Below are positions 16,897 through 26,300 of a DNA stretch of 64,000 bases, piece after piece. The DNA is taken from NCBI GenBank assembly GCA_036495645.1, contig DASXMN010000011.1, forward strand, positions 62,940-126,939, read 5' to 3'. The notes under the pieces were generated by a model. It saw only the letters and a program-made list of their open reading frames with translations, did not search any database and was not told the origin of the DNA. The translations under genes and the position numbers were made by a program. The number at the start of each line of letters is the position of its first letter. Position 1 is the first letter of the stretch. Origin of the DNA: Candidatus Angelobacter sp. GTDB taxonomy: Bacteria; Acidobacteriota; Terriglobia; Terriglobales; Acidobacteriaceae.

Positions 16897-19800
16897 TCAA
16901 TGCACGGCAAGAGCGGCTTTAAGTTCTTCAGGGCTCATCCTGCGGACCCTAAGCCAAATCTTTGCGATTTTTTCCAGTTCCTCCACAGGGCGTCCGGAAA
17001 TGGAACGTAGCTTCTGGGCAAACTCCATCAGCACCGAATGTTCGAGAAGGGTCGGCACGGAAAGTTCCGTCTGGAAACAGTCATTCACCCGGAACAATAC
17101 ACGGAGCGCGAGCAATGATTGTCCACCCAACGCGAAGAAGTCGTCATGACGGCCTACTTGCTCCAATTTGAGCACCTCCGCCCAAATGGCCGCCACCACG
17201 GTCTCAAGGTCTCCCTGCGGCGGTACATACTTATGCACCGCATACGCATCCCCTTGGGGCGCTGGCAAACTTTTACGATCCAGCTTGCCATTCGGCGTCA
17301 AGGGCAAAGATTCCAACTGCACATACGCTGCCGGAACCATGTACTCCGGCAAACGCTCGCGAAGAAAGGAGCGCAGATCGGAGCGCAGGGATTCGGGACC
17401 CGGTAAAGCATGCGGAGCTGAAGGGCAATAGTAAGCCACCAAACGCTTCTCTCCATGCGCGTCTTCCCGTACTATGGCTATCGCTTCCTCCACTGCGGGG
17501 TGCTCCTGCAGTCGCGCAGTAATCTCCCCAAGTTCAATACGGAATCCGCGAATCTTTACCTGATCGTCGTTCCGCCCCACAAATTCCAGGCTCCCGTCTG
17601 CCAGCCATCTCCCTACGTCGCCTGTTTTGTACATGCGCGCACCCGCTTGTCCTATATAGGGATCGGGCACGAAGCGCTCCGCCGTCAAATCCGGCCGATG
17701 CAAATATCCTCGGGTTACACCCGCTCCCACGATGTATATCTCCCCTGCTACACCGACCGGAACTGGTTCTCCTTGCCCATCCAGGATGTACACCCGCGTG
17801 TTCGCAATCGGCCGGCCGATCGGCACTGTTTGCCTGCTCAATGAGCGGGTACAACAGTGCATGCTCGCCCACACCGTACCTTCGGTAGGACCATACTCAT
17901 TGAATAGCTCAACTTGAGGTTGTTGCTGCGCTGACTTTGCCACTAAGTCCGGTGGGCAAACCTCGCCCGCAACGATCACCCGGGAAATCTGTTGCTTCTG
18001 TTCGCCGCCAACGGGATATTCCAAAAAGTGCCTATATAAAGATGGAACACAGAGCAGGGTTTCCACTCGCAGACGTTGAACCTCTTGGTTGAGACGCAAT
18101 GGATCGTGAACTAAATCATCTGGGGCAATGATTAACGTGCCCCCATGGATAAGACTTCCAAAGATACCTGCCACCGAACTATCAAAGGAGATGGAAGAAA
18201 GTAGCAAAAAACGGCCCAATTGACCGTAAGCCAGCTTCCTGGCAAAGGTTGAGCTCACAAGATTCTGGTGACTCACCATGACGCCTTTGGGCTTGCCGGT
18301 GGAACCAGACGTGTAAAGAACATAGGCCAGATGCCCAGCGATGAGCTTCGAGCCGGCAGCCTCTGGATTGCTCTCCGGTTGGCTGTTCCAAACAGCATCC
18401 GTCAAATCCAGTGTGGGCAGGCCAGCAGGCAATGACCCCATCCGCTCCCTTACTTGAGCTTGCGTCAGGAGGGCGACCGGTTCACTATCCTGCAGCATGT
18501 ACTGCAAACGTTCCGGCGGATAGGCCGGATCCAGTGGCACATAGGCACCCCCTGCCTTGAGTATGGCCATGAGTCCTACAATCATCTCCAGACCCCGCTC
18601 CACGCAGATGGCCACCCGCGCTTCCGGCTTCACTCCCAGAATCAAAAGATAATGCGCCAATCGATTTGCTTGCCGGTTCAGTTCACCATACGTCAACTGC
18701 CGCCCTGCATACTCCACCGCTGTCGCTCCGGGGGTTCTCTCCACCTGCTCCACGAACAATTCGTCAATGCGCTTGTTTGAGGGATATTCAACCCCAGTCT
18801 CATTCCACTGATACAGAACTTGCTCTCGCTCCCTTTCACTGAGCATGCCCAGGCGATCCACCATCTCCCATTCCTGCGCTACCATTCCTTCCAGCAATCT
18901 GCAGAAATATCCAAGGTAGCGTTTGACGGTGCCGGGCTCAAACAACGCGATGGCATACTCCAACCCGCCGATGATCGTCCCATTTACCTCCTGCAAAATA
19001 AGTGTCACGTCGAATTTTGCCGGCTGATAAGGTATCGACTCCAGCAGCTTCGCTTCCACTCCTGGAAGCATAATGGTCCCCCCTGGCTCGTTCTGCCAGC
19101 CGAAGGTCGCTTGAAACAGGGGGTGATGGGCCAGACTGCGCTCCGGTCTTACTATCTCCACTACCCGCTCAAACGGCAGGTTGTGGTTCTGTTGCCCTCC
19201 CAATGCCACTTCCTTCACCCGTTTGAGTAACTCTTTTACTGTCACGGCGCTGCTTACATCCACGCGCAGGGCCAGAGTATTCACAAAAAATCCAATCAGC
19301 CCCTCAATCTCCGCTCGCTCCCGATTAGCCACCGGCGTGCCGATCACCACCTCTGTCTGACCCGACAGTCGTGACAGCAACGCTGCCCAGCCAGCCAGCA
19401 GCGTCATATATAAGGTTGTTCCCTGACGCCAGCTTAGTTCTCTCAATGCCGCCGTCAATCCCTGCTCAAGTACCAACTCCTCAATACCTCCCCTATAGTC
19501 CTGCTGCGCCGGTCGCGCATGGTCCGTGGGTAACTCAAGCATCGCTGGTGCGTCCTGCAAAGCTCTTTTCCAGTACTCGCACTGCTGCGCCAATACGTCT
19601 CCTTCCAGCCACTGCCGTTCCCAGATCGCATAGTCCGCATACTGGACTGCTAACTCCGGCAATGGGTCTTCTTCGCCGCGCCGGAAGGCACTATACAATT
19701 TGCTCACTTCATTACGAAAAATACCCATGGACCACCCATCGGAAACGATATGGTGCATGGTGATGAGCAACGTGTGTTCATCCTCCGACTGGCGGATTAG

Positions 19801-22800
19801 TCGACCGCGGATCAACGGTCCCGTTTGCAGATCAAAAGATGCGTTGGCCTCCTCGGCCACAAGGCGGTTCAGTTCCGCGTTCGCATCCCGATGCTGACGC
19901 AGGTCCTGCTCCAGCAGATGAAACCGGCTGTCTGCAGCCGAGGCAATGTGCTGCCCGGGTTCTCCCTCAACGGAGACGAAAGTAGTGCGCAATGCTTCAT
20001 GTCGCGCCAAGATCCGGTCCAGCGACCGCCGCAAGGCTCCAGCATCCAACTCGCCCTTCAAATGCAGGCCCATCGGCACGTGATATGCATGGCCAGCCTC
20101 CGCTATCTGCGCCAAAAACCATAAGCGTTGCTGCGCAAACGACAACGGTAACCGCTGCCCTCGCTCCGCACGCACAATCGCCGGCAACTTGGCTCGCGCT
20201 GCGCCTTTCAGACTACTGGCCAGGTCCGCCAGTACTGGATGCGCAAACAGATCCCCTACCGTCATGGCCATATCCAACTCTTGCCGGATGCGCGTGACGA
20301 CTCGCGCCGCCAGGAGTGAGTGTCCACCCAGAGTAAAAAAATTATCGCACCGGCCGACTTGTTCGACGTGGAGCAACTCAGCCCATACCTCGGCGAGCAT
20401 TTTCTCCGTCTGCCCCTGCGGAGCTTCGTACGGTTGGGCCGCATACGCATCTGCTCCTGGGGCCGGCAATGCCTTACGGTCGAGTTTCCCGTTCGCGGTC
20501 AGTGGCATCTGGCCCATCCGGACATATACCGTCGGCACCATATACTCCGGCAGTTTTGCTTCAAGCCAGCGACGAAGTTCAGGTGCAAGACCTTCAGACA
20601 GAAGTGGCTGCAAAGGATCGTTGGAATAAATTTGCGGCCGTCCTAAGATTTCAGTCTCTCCCGGAAACCTCACTCTCCTGGCCTCCTTCGCATTCTTACC
20701 ATCGCCACGTCTGCGGAATAGCACGTCACAGAGCGCGGGTCCGCTTTGGGACCAGCGAACCTCGATGCTATAAGGCAAATCTTCTTCCAGTAACCAAATA
20801 TCTTCCAACTCAATCGCGCATTGCTGTTCACGGTCTAATTGGCGCCGCAGTTCGCCTACGGTAGCCGGGCAATGGCTTGAATGAAGAATTCGCGTGGCCG
20901 TGACATCGCGCTGGACTCGAGAGTTCGGAATGCCTGCCACCCCCAGCACTTCGGGCCCGGTCCGGTTCAAGATCTCCCGTAGCCGCTCTGGACTCAAATC
21001 CTTCTCGCTCCAATCAATCCAATGACATTCCAAAAACGTAACGGGCCTGCCCACGTGAAGCACGACATCATAGCGGAAGCTTGTGAGTTCATTGCCCGCG
21101 TAACCCCGTTTCAAATTGATTTCCACCCGGCTGATCTGCGGCAAGCGTTGCGGTAAGCTGGTGAAGAATTCCGGGGAAATAGCCAGCTCGCTCTCCTGCT
21201 TCAAATTTTTTTGCGCACTCTCCCGCACTTCCTGGCATAAGCGGGAATCTGGCGACTGGAAGAATTCAACCGAAGTATGGAAGGTTTCCAGCAATGGAAA
21301 ACTGCGCACGTCCCCGATAAAAATCTTCCCTCCTGGCGGTAAGGATTCCATCGCACCGGTCAGCACGGTCATTAAATATTGGACAGCGGGAAAATACTGG
21401 ACTACTGAGTTCAAAACGACCGCATCAAATTTCTCGCGCTCCTCCGGAACATCGAATTCATGCGCTGCTTTGCAATCCAGCTCTATTGCAGGCAAATTCA
21501 GCTCAGAGTGGTGTATCTGCTGCTCCAGAAAATCCAACACTGCTCGTGACACGTCGGTTCCGCGGTAGTAGACGCAGATGGGTGCAATGCGAAAGAGCAA
21601 CAGTCCTGTGCCGCAGCCAATTTCCCAGACCCGCTTCGGTTCCAAGGAAAGAATCCGTTGCACAGTGGTCTCTACCCAAACCTGCATCTCCTCTGCTGGA
21701 ATCGGCTGACCCGTGTAGCTGCTATTCCACCCGGCAATGTTGAAGGCCGAGTCTTTAACTGTCTCTGTCTTGCGGTAGGCTTCATCGAAGGTCATTGCCC
21801 ATTCCGATACCTGACCCGCACTGAAGTCCGCCCGCTTTTTGTTCTGATTGAGGCCACGATAATCCTTGTCGGGGACAAAGTAGGCCACCAGGCGTTTGTC
21901 CCCGGGGGTGTCTTCCCGCGCCAGCACCACGGCTTCTGCTACTCCCGCATGCTCGCGCAGCCGCGCCTCAATCTCGCCCAACTCAATGCGGAAGCCGCGG
22001 ATCTTGACCTGATGATCGTTGCGGCCCAGGAACTCGATGGTGCCATCGGGCAGCCATCGGCCCAGGTCGCCGGTCTTGTACATGCTAGCCTGCGCATCCT
22101 GAACGAAGGGATCGCGAAGGAAGCGTTCTGCGGTAAGCTCCGGGCGATTGAGATAGCCATGAGCCACGCCTGCACCGCCGATGTATAACTCTCCCGTCAC
22201 CCCCACCGGCACCGGCTCTCTCTGACCGTCTAATATGTAGATACGCGTGTTCCCGATGGGACGTCCAATGGGAATGCTCTGGCCCTCGCTCACCTTCAGA
22301 ATTTCGTACGTGGCAGCAAAAGTGGTGGTCTCAGTGGGCCCATAGCCATTGAGCAGGTGTTGCGGCGGGTTGTTCCGCAGCACCCGCCCAATGGTCACCG
22401 GGTCCAGCACATCACCTCCGACCAGCAGATAATGCAAGCTGCCCCAGTCAGCGCTCAACTTTTCGGCGTACTGGTTGAACAGGCCCACGGTCAGCCACAG
22501 AATGCTCACCTGATGCTGCTGCAAGGCTTGTGAGAATCGCGCCGGATCCAGCAGCACATCCTGGGCAATGACCACGATGCGTGCGCCGTTGAGCAGTGGC
22601 GCCCATACCTCCAGCGTGGTGGCATCAAAGGCCGGATTGGCGGCCATGGCCACCCGGTCGGTAGCGTCAAAGCGAGCAAAGCCGTTGTTCAGCACCAGCC
22701 GCTGGATGGCGCGGTGCGGCACCATTACCCCTTTGGGGGTTCCCGTCGAACCCGAGGTAAACATGATGTAGGCCGTAGCCTGGCTGCTTACGTTTATGCC

Positions 22801-23316
22801 CAGATCGGTTTCCCAATCGGGACTCTGACTCTGGTCAGTGGCCAGAATGCTTTGCGGCAGATCCAGGTTGACCCTGACCACCTCCGGCACGTCTGGCATT
22901 TCTGTGTGCTGGAGAGTGAGCAGGACTTGGGCCTGGCAATCGCTGATGAGCAAGGTCTTGCGTTGGGCGGGGAAGGCCGGATCAATAGGCACATAAGCAG
23001 CACCGCACTTGAGAATGGCCAGTTCTGCTATTACCAGTTCGATGGAGCGTTGCAGGAGCAGGGCAACTCTGTGACCGGGCTGGACTCCGATCGTGCGCAG
23101 ATAGTGGGCCAGCCGGTTGGCCCGCTGGTTCAGTTCGGCATAAGTGAAGGAAGTATCTTCCAACACCACGGCGGTGGCCTGAGGAGTTCTCGCCACCTGC
23201 TCTTCAAACAACTGATGAACACATTTGTCTTTGGCGTAGTCGGTCTCTGTGCGGTTCCACTCATACAAAATCTGCTGTCGCTCTGCGTCCGACAGCATCT
23301 CACCGGATTTATTCAT
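16897..23316 (-). CDS. non-ribosomal peptide synthetase NRPS4: A(embedded N-methyltransferase)-T-C-A-T
   Basis: The start is set at ATG 23316, preceded by GGGAGA; the track start 23328 is a GTG. There is no N-terminal C domain. A motifs are FTSGSTGTPKG, NGYGPTE, YKTGD and GRNDHQVKIRGFRIELGEIE. A ~430-aa insert carrying VWEIGCGTGLL follows, then LPEYMVP/NGKLDR. T1 is FFTLGGHSL. The C domain has MHHIVSDGWS. A second A domain follows, and T2 is FFALGGQSL. It ends about 45 aa after T2 with no TE, R or terminal C domain. Confidence 0.95.
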   Translation of the reverse strand: MNKSGEMLSDAERQQILYEWNRTETDYAKDKCVHQLFEEQVARTPQATAVVLEDTSFTYAELNQRANRLAHYLRTIGVQPGHRVALLLQRSIELVIAELAILKCGAAYVPIDPAFPAQRKTLLISDCQAQVLLTLQHTEMPDVPEVVRVNLDLPQSILATDQSQSPDWETDLGINVSSQATAYIMFTSGSTGTPKGVMVPHRAIQRLVLNNGFARFDATDRVAMAANPAFDATTLEVWAPLLNGARIVVIAQDVLLDPARFSQALQQHQVSILWLTVGLFNQYAEKLSADWGSLHYLLVGGDVLDPVTIGRVLRNNPPQHLLNGYGPTETTTFAATYEILKVSEGQSIPIGRPIGNTRIYILDGQREPVPVGVTGELYIGGAGVAHGYLNRPELTAERFLRDPFVQDAQASMYKTGDLGRWLPDGTIEFLGRNDHQVKIRGFRIELGEIEARLREHAGVAEAVVLAREDTPGDKRLVAYFVPDKDYRGLNQNKKRADFSAGQVSEWAMTFDEAYRKTETVKDSAFNIAGWNSSYTGQPIPAEEMQVWVETTVQRILSLEPKRVWEIGCGTGLLLFRIAPICVYYRGTDVSRAVLDFLEQQIHHSELNLPAIELDCKAAHEFDVPEEREKFDAVVLNSVVQYFPAVQYLMTVLTGAMESLPPGGKIFIGDVRSFPLLETFHTSVEFFQSPDSRLCQEVRESAQKNLKQESELAISPEFFTSLPQRLPQISRVEINLKRGYAGNELTSFRYDVVLHVGRPVTFLECHWIDWSEKDLSPERLREILNRTGPEVLGVAGIPNSRVQRDVTATRILHSSHCPATVGELRRQLDREQQCAIELEDIWLLEEDLPYSIEVRWSQSGPALCDVLFRRRGDGKNAKEARRVRFPGETEILGRPQIYSNDPLQPLLSEGLAPELRRWLEAKLPEYMVPTVYVRMGQMPLTANGKLDRKALPAPGADAYAAQPYEAPQGQTEKMLAEVWAELLHVEQVGRCDNFFTLGGHSLLAARVVTRIRQELDMAMTVGDLFAHPVLADLASSLKGAARAKLPAIVRAERGQRLPLSFAQQRLWFLAQIAEAGHAYHVPMGLHLKGELDAGALRRSLDRILARHEALRTTFVSVEGEPGQHIASAADSRFHLLEQDLRQHRDANAELNRLVAEEANASFDLQTGPLIRGRLIRQSEDEHTLLITMHHIVSDGWSMGIFRNEVSKLYSAFRRGEEDPLPELAVQYADYAIWERQWLEGDVLAQQCEYWKRALQDAPAMLELPTDHARPAQQDYRGGIEELVLEQGLTAALRELSWRQGTTLYMTLLAGWAALLSRLSGQTEVVIGTPVANRERAEIEGLIGFFVNTLALRVDVSSAVTVKELLKRVKEVALGGQQNHNLPFERVVEIVRPERSLAHHPLFQATFGWQNEPGGTIMLPGVEAKLLESIPYQPAKFDVTLILQEVNGTIIGGLEYAIALFEPGTVKRYLGYFCRLLEGMVAQEWEMVDRLGMLSEREREQVLYQWNETGVEYPSNKRIDELFVEQVERTPGATAVEYAGRQLTYGELNRQANRLAHYLLILGVKPEARVAICVERGLEMIVGLMAILKAGGAYVPLDPAYPPERLQYMLQDSEPVALLTQAQVRERMGSLPAGLPTLDLTDAVWNSQPESNPEAAGSKLIAGHLAYVLYTSGSTGKPKGVMVSHQNLVSSTFARKLAYGQLGRFLLLSSISFDSSVAGIFGSLIHGGTLIIAPDDLVHDPLRLNQEVQRLRVETLLCVPSLYRHFLEYPVGGEQKQQISRVIVAGEVCPPDLVAKSAQQQPQVELFNEYGPTEGTVWASMHCCTRSLSRQTVPIGRPIANTRVYILDGQGEPVPVGVAGEIYIVGAGVTRGYLHRPDLTAERFVPDPYIGQAGARMYKTGDVGRWLADGSLEFVGRNDDQVKIRGFRIELGEITARLQEHPAVEEAIAIVREDAHGEKRLVAYYCPSAPHALPGPESLRSDLRSFLRERLPEYMVPAAYVQLESLPLTPNGKLDRKSLPAPQGDAYAVHKYVPPQGDLETVVAAIWAEVLKLEQVGRHDDFFALGGQSLLALRVLFRVNDCFQTELSVPTLLEHSVLMEFAQKLRSISGRPVEELEKIAKIWLRVRRMSPEELKAALAVH
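20584..21867 (-). other. methyltransferase domain inserted between A8 and A9 core motifs of the first A domain of NRPS4
   Basis: This is aa ~488-915 of NRPS4. The SAM motif VWEIGCGTGLL lies at nt 21598-21630. GWNSSYTGQPIPAEEMQVWV is the block I associate with NRPS N-methyltransferase domains. Confidence 0.7.
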
Positions 23317-23352
23317 GGTTTCTCCCACGAAGTCCTCGACGCAAAAGGGTGT

Positions 23353-26300
23353 TCATCTTGTAGAAAGGGCGGCTGTTCGTTCCTCAGGTGTCATCTTGCG
23401 GACCATAAGCCCAATTCTGGCTATTTTTTCCATTTCCTGGACGGGACGAGCCGAAATGGAACGCAGCTTCTGTGCAAATTCCGTGAACACCGGATATTCA
23501 AGAAGCGTCCGCACTGAAAGCCCCGTCTGGAAATAGTCATTGATCCGGGATACTACGCGAAGCGCGAGCAGGGAGTGTCCGCCCAGAGCGTAGAAGTTGG
23601 AGCGCATTGAAACGCGTACAACTCCCAGCACCTCCTTCCAAAGGTCTGCAAGCAACTCCTCGATAGCAGTCATTGCCTCCGGAACATCTTCATGGATCTC
23701 CTGGAGCACTCTGTCTTCCACCTCCGGAAGAGCTCTGCGGTCCACTTTTCCATTCGTGTTGAGCGGCAGCTCGGGCAACATCACGTACACACCCGGCACC
23801 ATGTACTCGGGCAGCTTGGCTTTCAGATAATTCTTTAACTCGTCAGCATTCGCTTCGCCGGAAACGTAGGCCACCAGCTGCTTGCCACTTGCAAGGGTCT
23901 TCATCAGCACGGCACAATTTCGTACTCTGCGATGCTGCAGCAGGGCCACCTCAATCTCGCCCAACTCTACCCGGAAGCCGCGTATCTTGATCTGATTGTC
24001 CGCGCGGCCAAAGAATTCCAGATTGCCATCTTCCATCCAACGGGCAAGGTCCCCGACGTTATAGAGACGTCCGCCCGGTTGGCCATAAGGATCAGGGACA
24101 AATCTCTCCGCTGTTAATTCCGGCCTTCTCCAATAACCTCGCGCCAGTCCTTCGCCGCCTATATACAATTGGCCCCTTATTCCCACGGGCTCAAGGTTCA
24201 TGTTGCGATCCAGCACATAGAGCTGCGTATTTGCGACCGGCTTGCCGATAGGCACACTTGGTGCGTCCCTAGCCACTTCTTTTACGACATACCAACCACT
24301 GAACGTGGTGCACTCGGCAGGCCCATATGCATTCACTAGCCGCTCCGGCCCTCCATGCTCAAGCACCGCAGCCGCCGTTACGGGATAAACTGCTTCCCCT
24401 CCAAACAGCAGGTGCTTCACCGAATTAAACATGGCGGGTTTCAGGCGTCCCACTTCATTGAACAATGCGGTAGCCAGAAACATGACTTGCACACGCTTGT
24501 CTATGATCTCTGCCGCAAACCTCTCTACGTCCAACAGCACTTCATTGCCGATGATCACCAACCGGCACCCATTCAACAGAGCGCCCCATATCTCAAATGT
24601 GGATGGATCAAAGGACATGTTGACGGTCTGGGCCACTACCTCATCACCCTGGAATTGGATGTAGTTAGTTTCACGCAGCAGCCGGATCAAGCTGCGATGG
24701 CTTACCGCTGCGGCTTTCGGCTGTCCCGTCGAGCCGGACGTATAAACGACGTAAGCAAGGTTTTCCGGCAACACCTGCGTTTGGAAACTCTGATGGCTTT
24801 GCTGCGCGATCTCGTCCCAATCACGGTCAAGGCAAACCACATTTGCTTTCAACGTCGGAATGCGATTGGCCAGGCGTCCTTGTGTCAGCCAAACTCCGAT
24901 ATCGGAATCCTCTGCCATAAAACGCAGCCGGTCCGGTGGATATGCAGGATCGATAGGAACATAGGCTCCCCCGGCTTTGAGAATGCCCACCATCGCGAGC
25001 ACCATGTCCACGGAGCGCTCAACGCTGATGCCCACCAGCTTTTCCGGACCGACGCCCAGATTCCTTAAATAACGTCCAAGCTGGTTTGAGCGGCGGTCCA
25101 GTTCGATGTAGCTGATTTTCTCCTGGTCGCAGATCACGGCCAATTCTTCCCCACGGCGCTCGACCTGCTCTGCGAACAGCTCCATCATGGTTCTGTTGCG
25201 AGGATATTCTGTGTGGGTCTGATTGAATTCCACCACAATCTGTCGGCGTTCCCGCGCATCGAGTAAATCGATGAAGTTTACAGGCTGATCGGGAGCGGTG
25301 GCATAGGCCGTAAGAAGACGTACAAAGCGCCGGCTCATGGTCTCTATAAGACTGGAACTGAAGTGGTCGGGATTATAAGTAAAATACATTCCCAGACGCC
25401 GGCCGGGAGCAACCACCACAGTTAAAGGATAGTGAGCGGCATCATTGAGGTCCATCACTGTGAACCGCAGACCGCCGGACGGTTCCGCATCCCCTTCTTC
25501 TCCTCTGGGGAAGTTCTCAAACACCACCAGAGTGTCAAATAATTCATTCAATTTCGTCAGGCGCTGAATTTCCACTAGTCCAAGGTGTTGATGAGCAAGC
25601 AGGCGGGATTGCTCCTGATTCAACCGGCTCACGACATCGTTGAATGAATCGGCGGAGCGCAGGGTTACACGCGTGGGCACAGTATTGATCAGAAGTCCAA
25701 TCATGCTTTCAACGCCCGCGATCTCCGGAGAGCGTCCTGAAACGGTGCTCCCGAACACCACGTCCTCGCGGCCAGTGTGCCGTGATAGCAGAACAGCCCA
25801 CGCGCCCTGGACTATGGTATTGACGGTCAAATTGCGGGCGCGTGCCTGCTCTTTCAGCCGCCGCGTGGTCTCTTCGTCGAGTTCAACAATCATTCGCTCA
25901 GGTATTTTTGGGTCGCCCAGTGAAGCCAGCGGGCTGATTCGTGTGCCTTCTTCGAGCCCAGCCAGCGTTTCCCGCCAGGCAGCTTCGGCAGCGCTGCGGT
26001 CCCGGCTGGAAAGCCACGCCAGATAGTCCCGGAATGCCGTGACCCGGGGCAAAGCAGCAGCACTGCCATGATGCTCATAGAGTTGCTGCAACTCGGCAAT
26101 CATCAATGGCACAGACCATCCATCTACCAGGATGTGATGAGTGGTGATCAGTAGGCGGAATTCTTCAGGTGCACAGCGGACCATAAGAAATCGAAACAGT
26201 GGCGAGACACTCGGATTAAAGCGGGTCAGCCGATCGCGTTGCATGAGTTCAGCCCAGCTCTGTTCACGTTCAACCGCCCCAAGCGCGGAGAGATCAAGGG

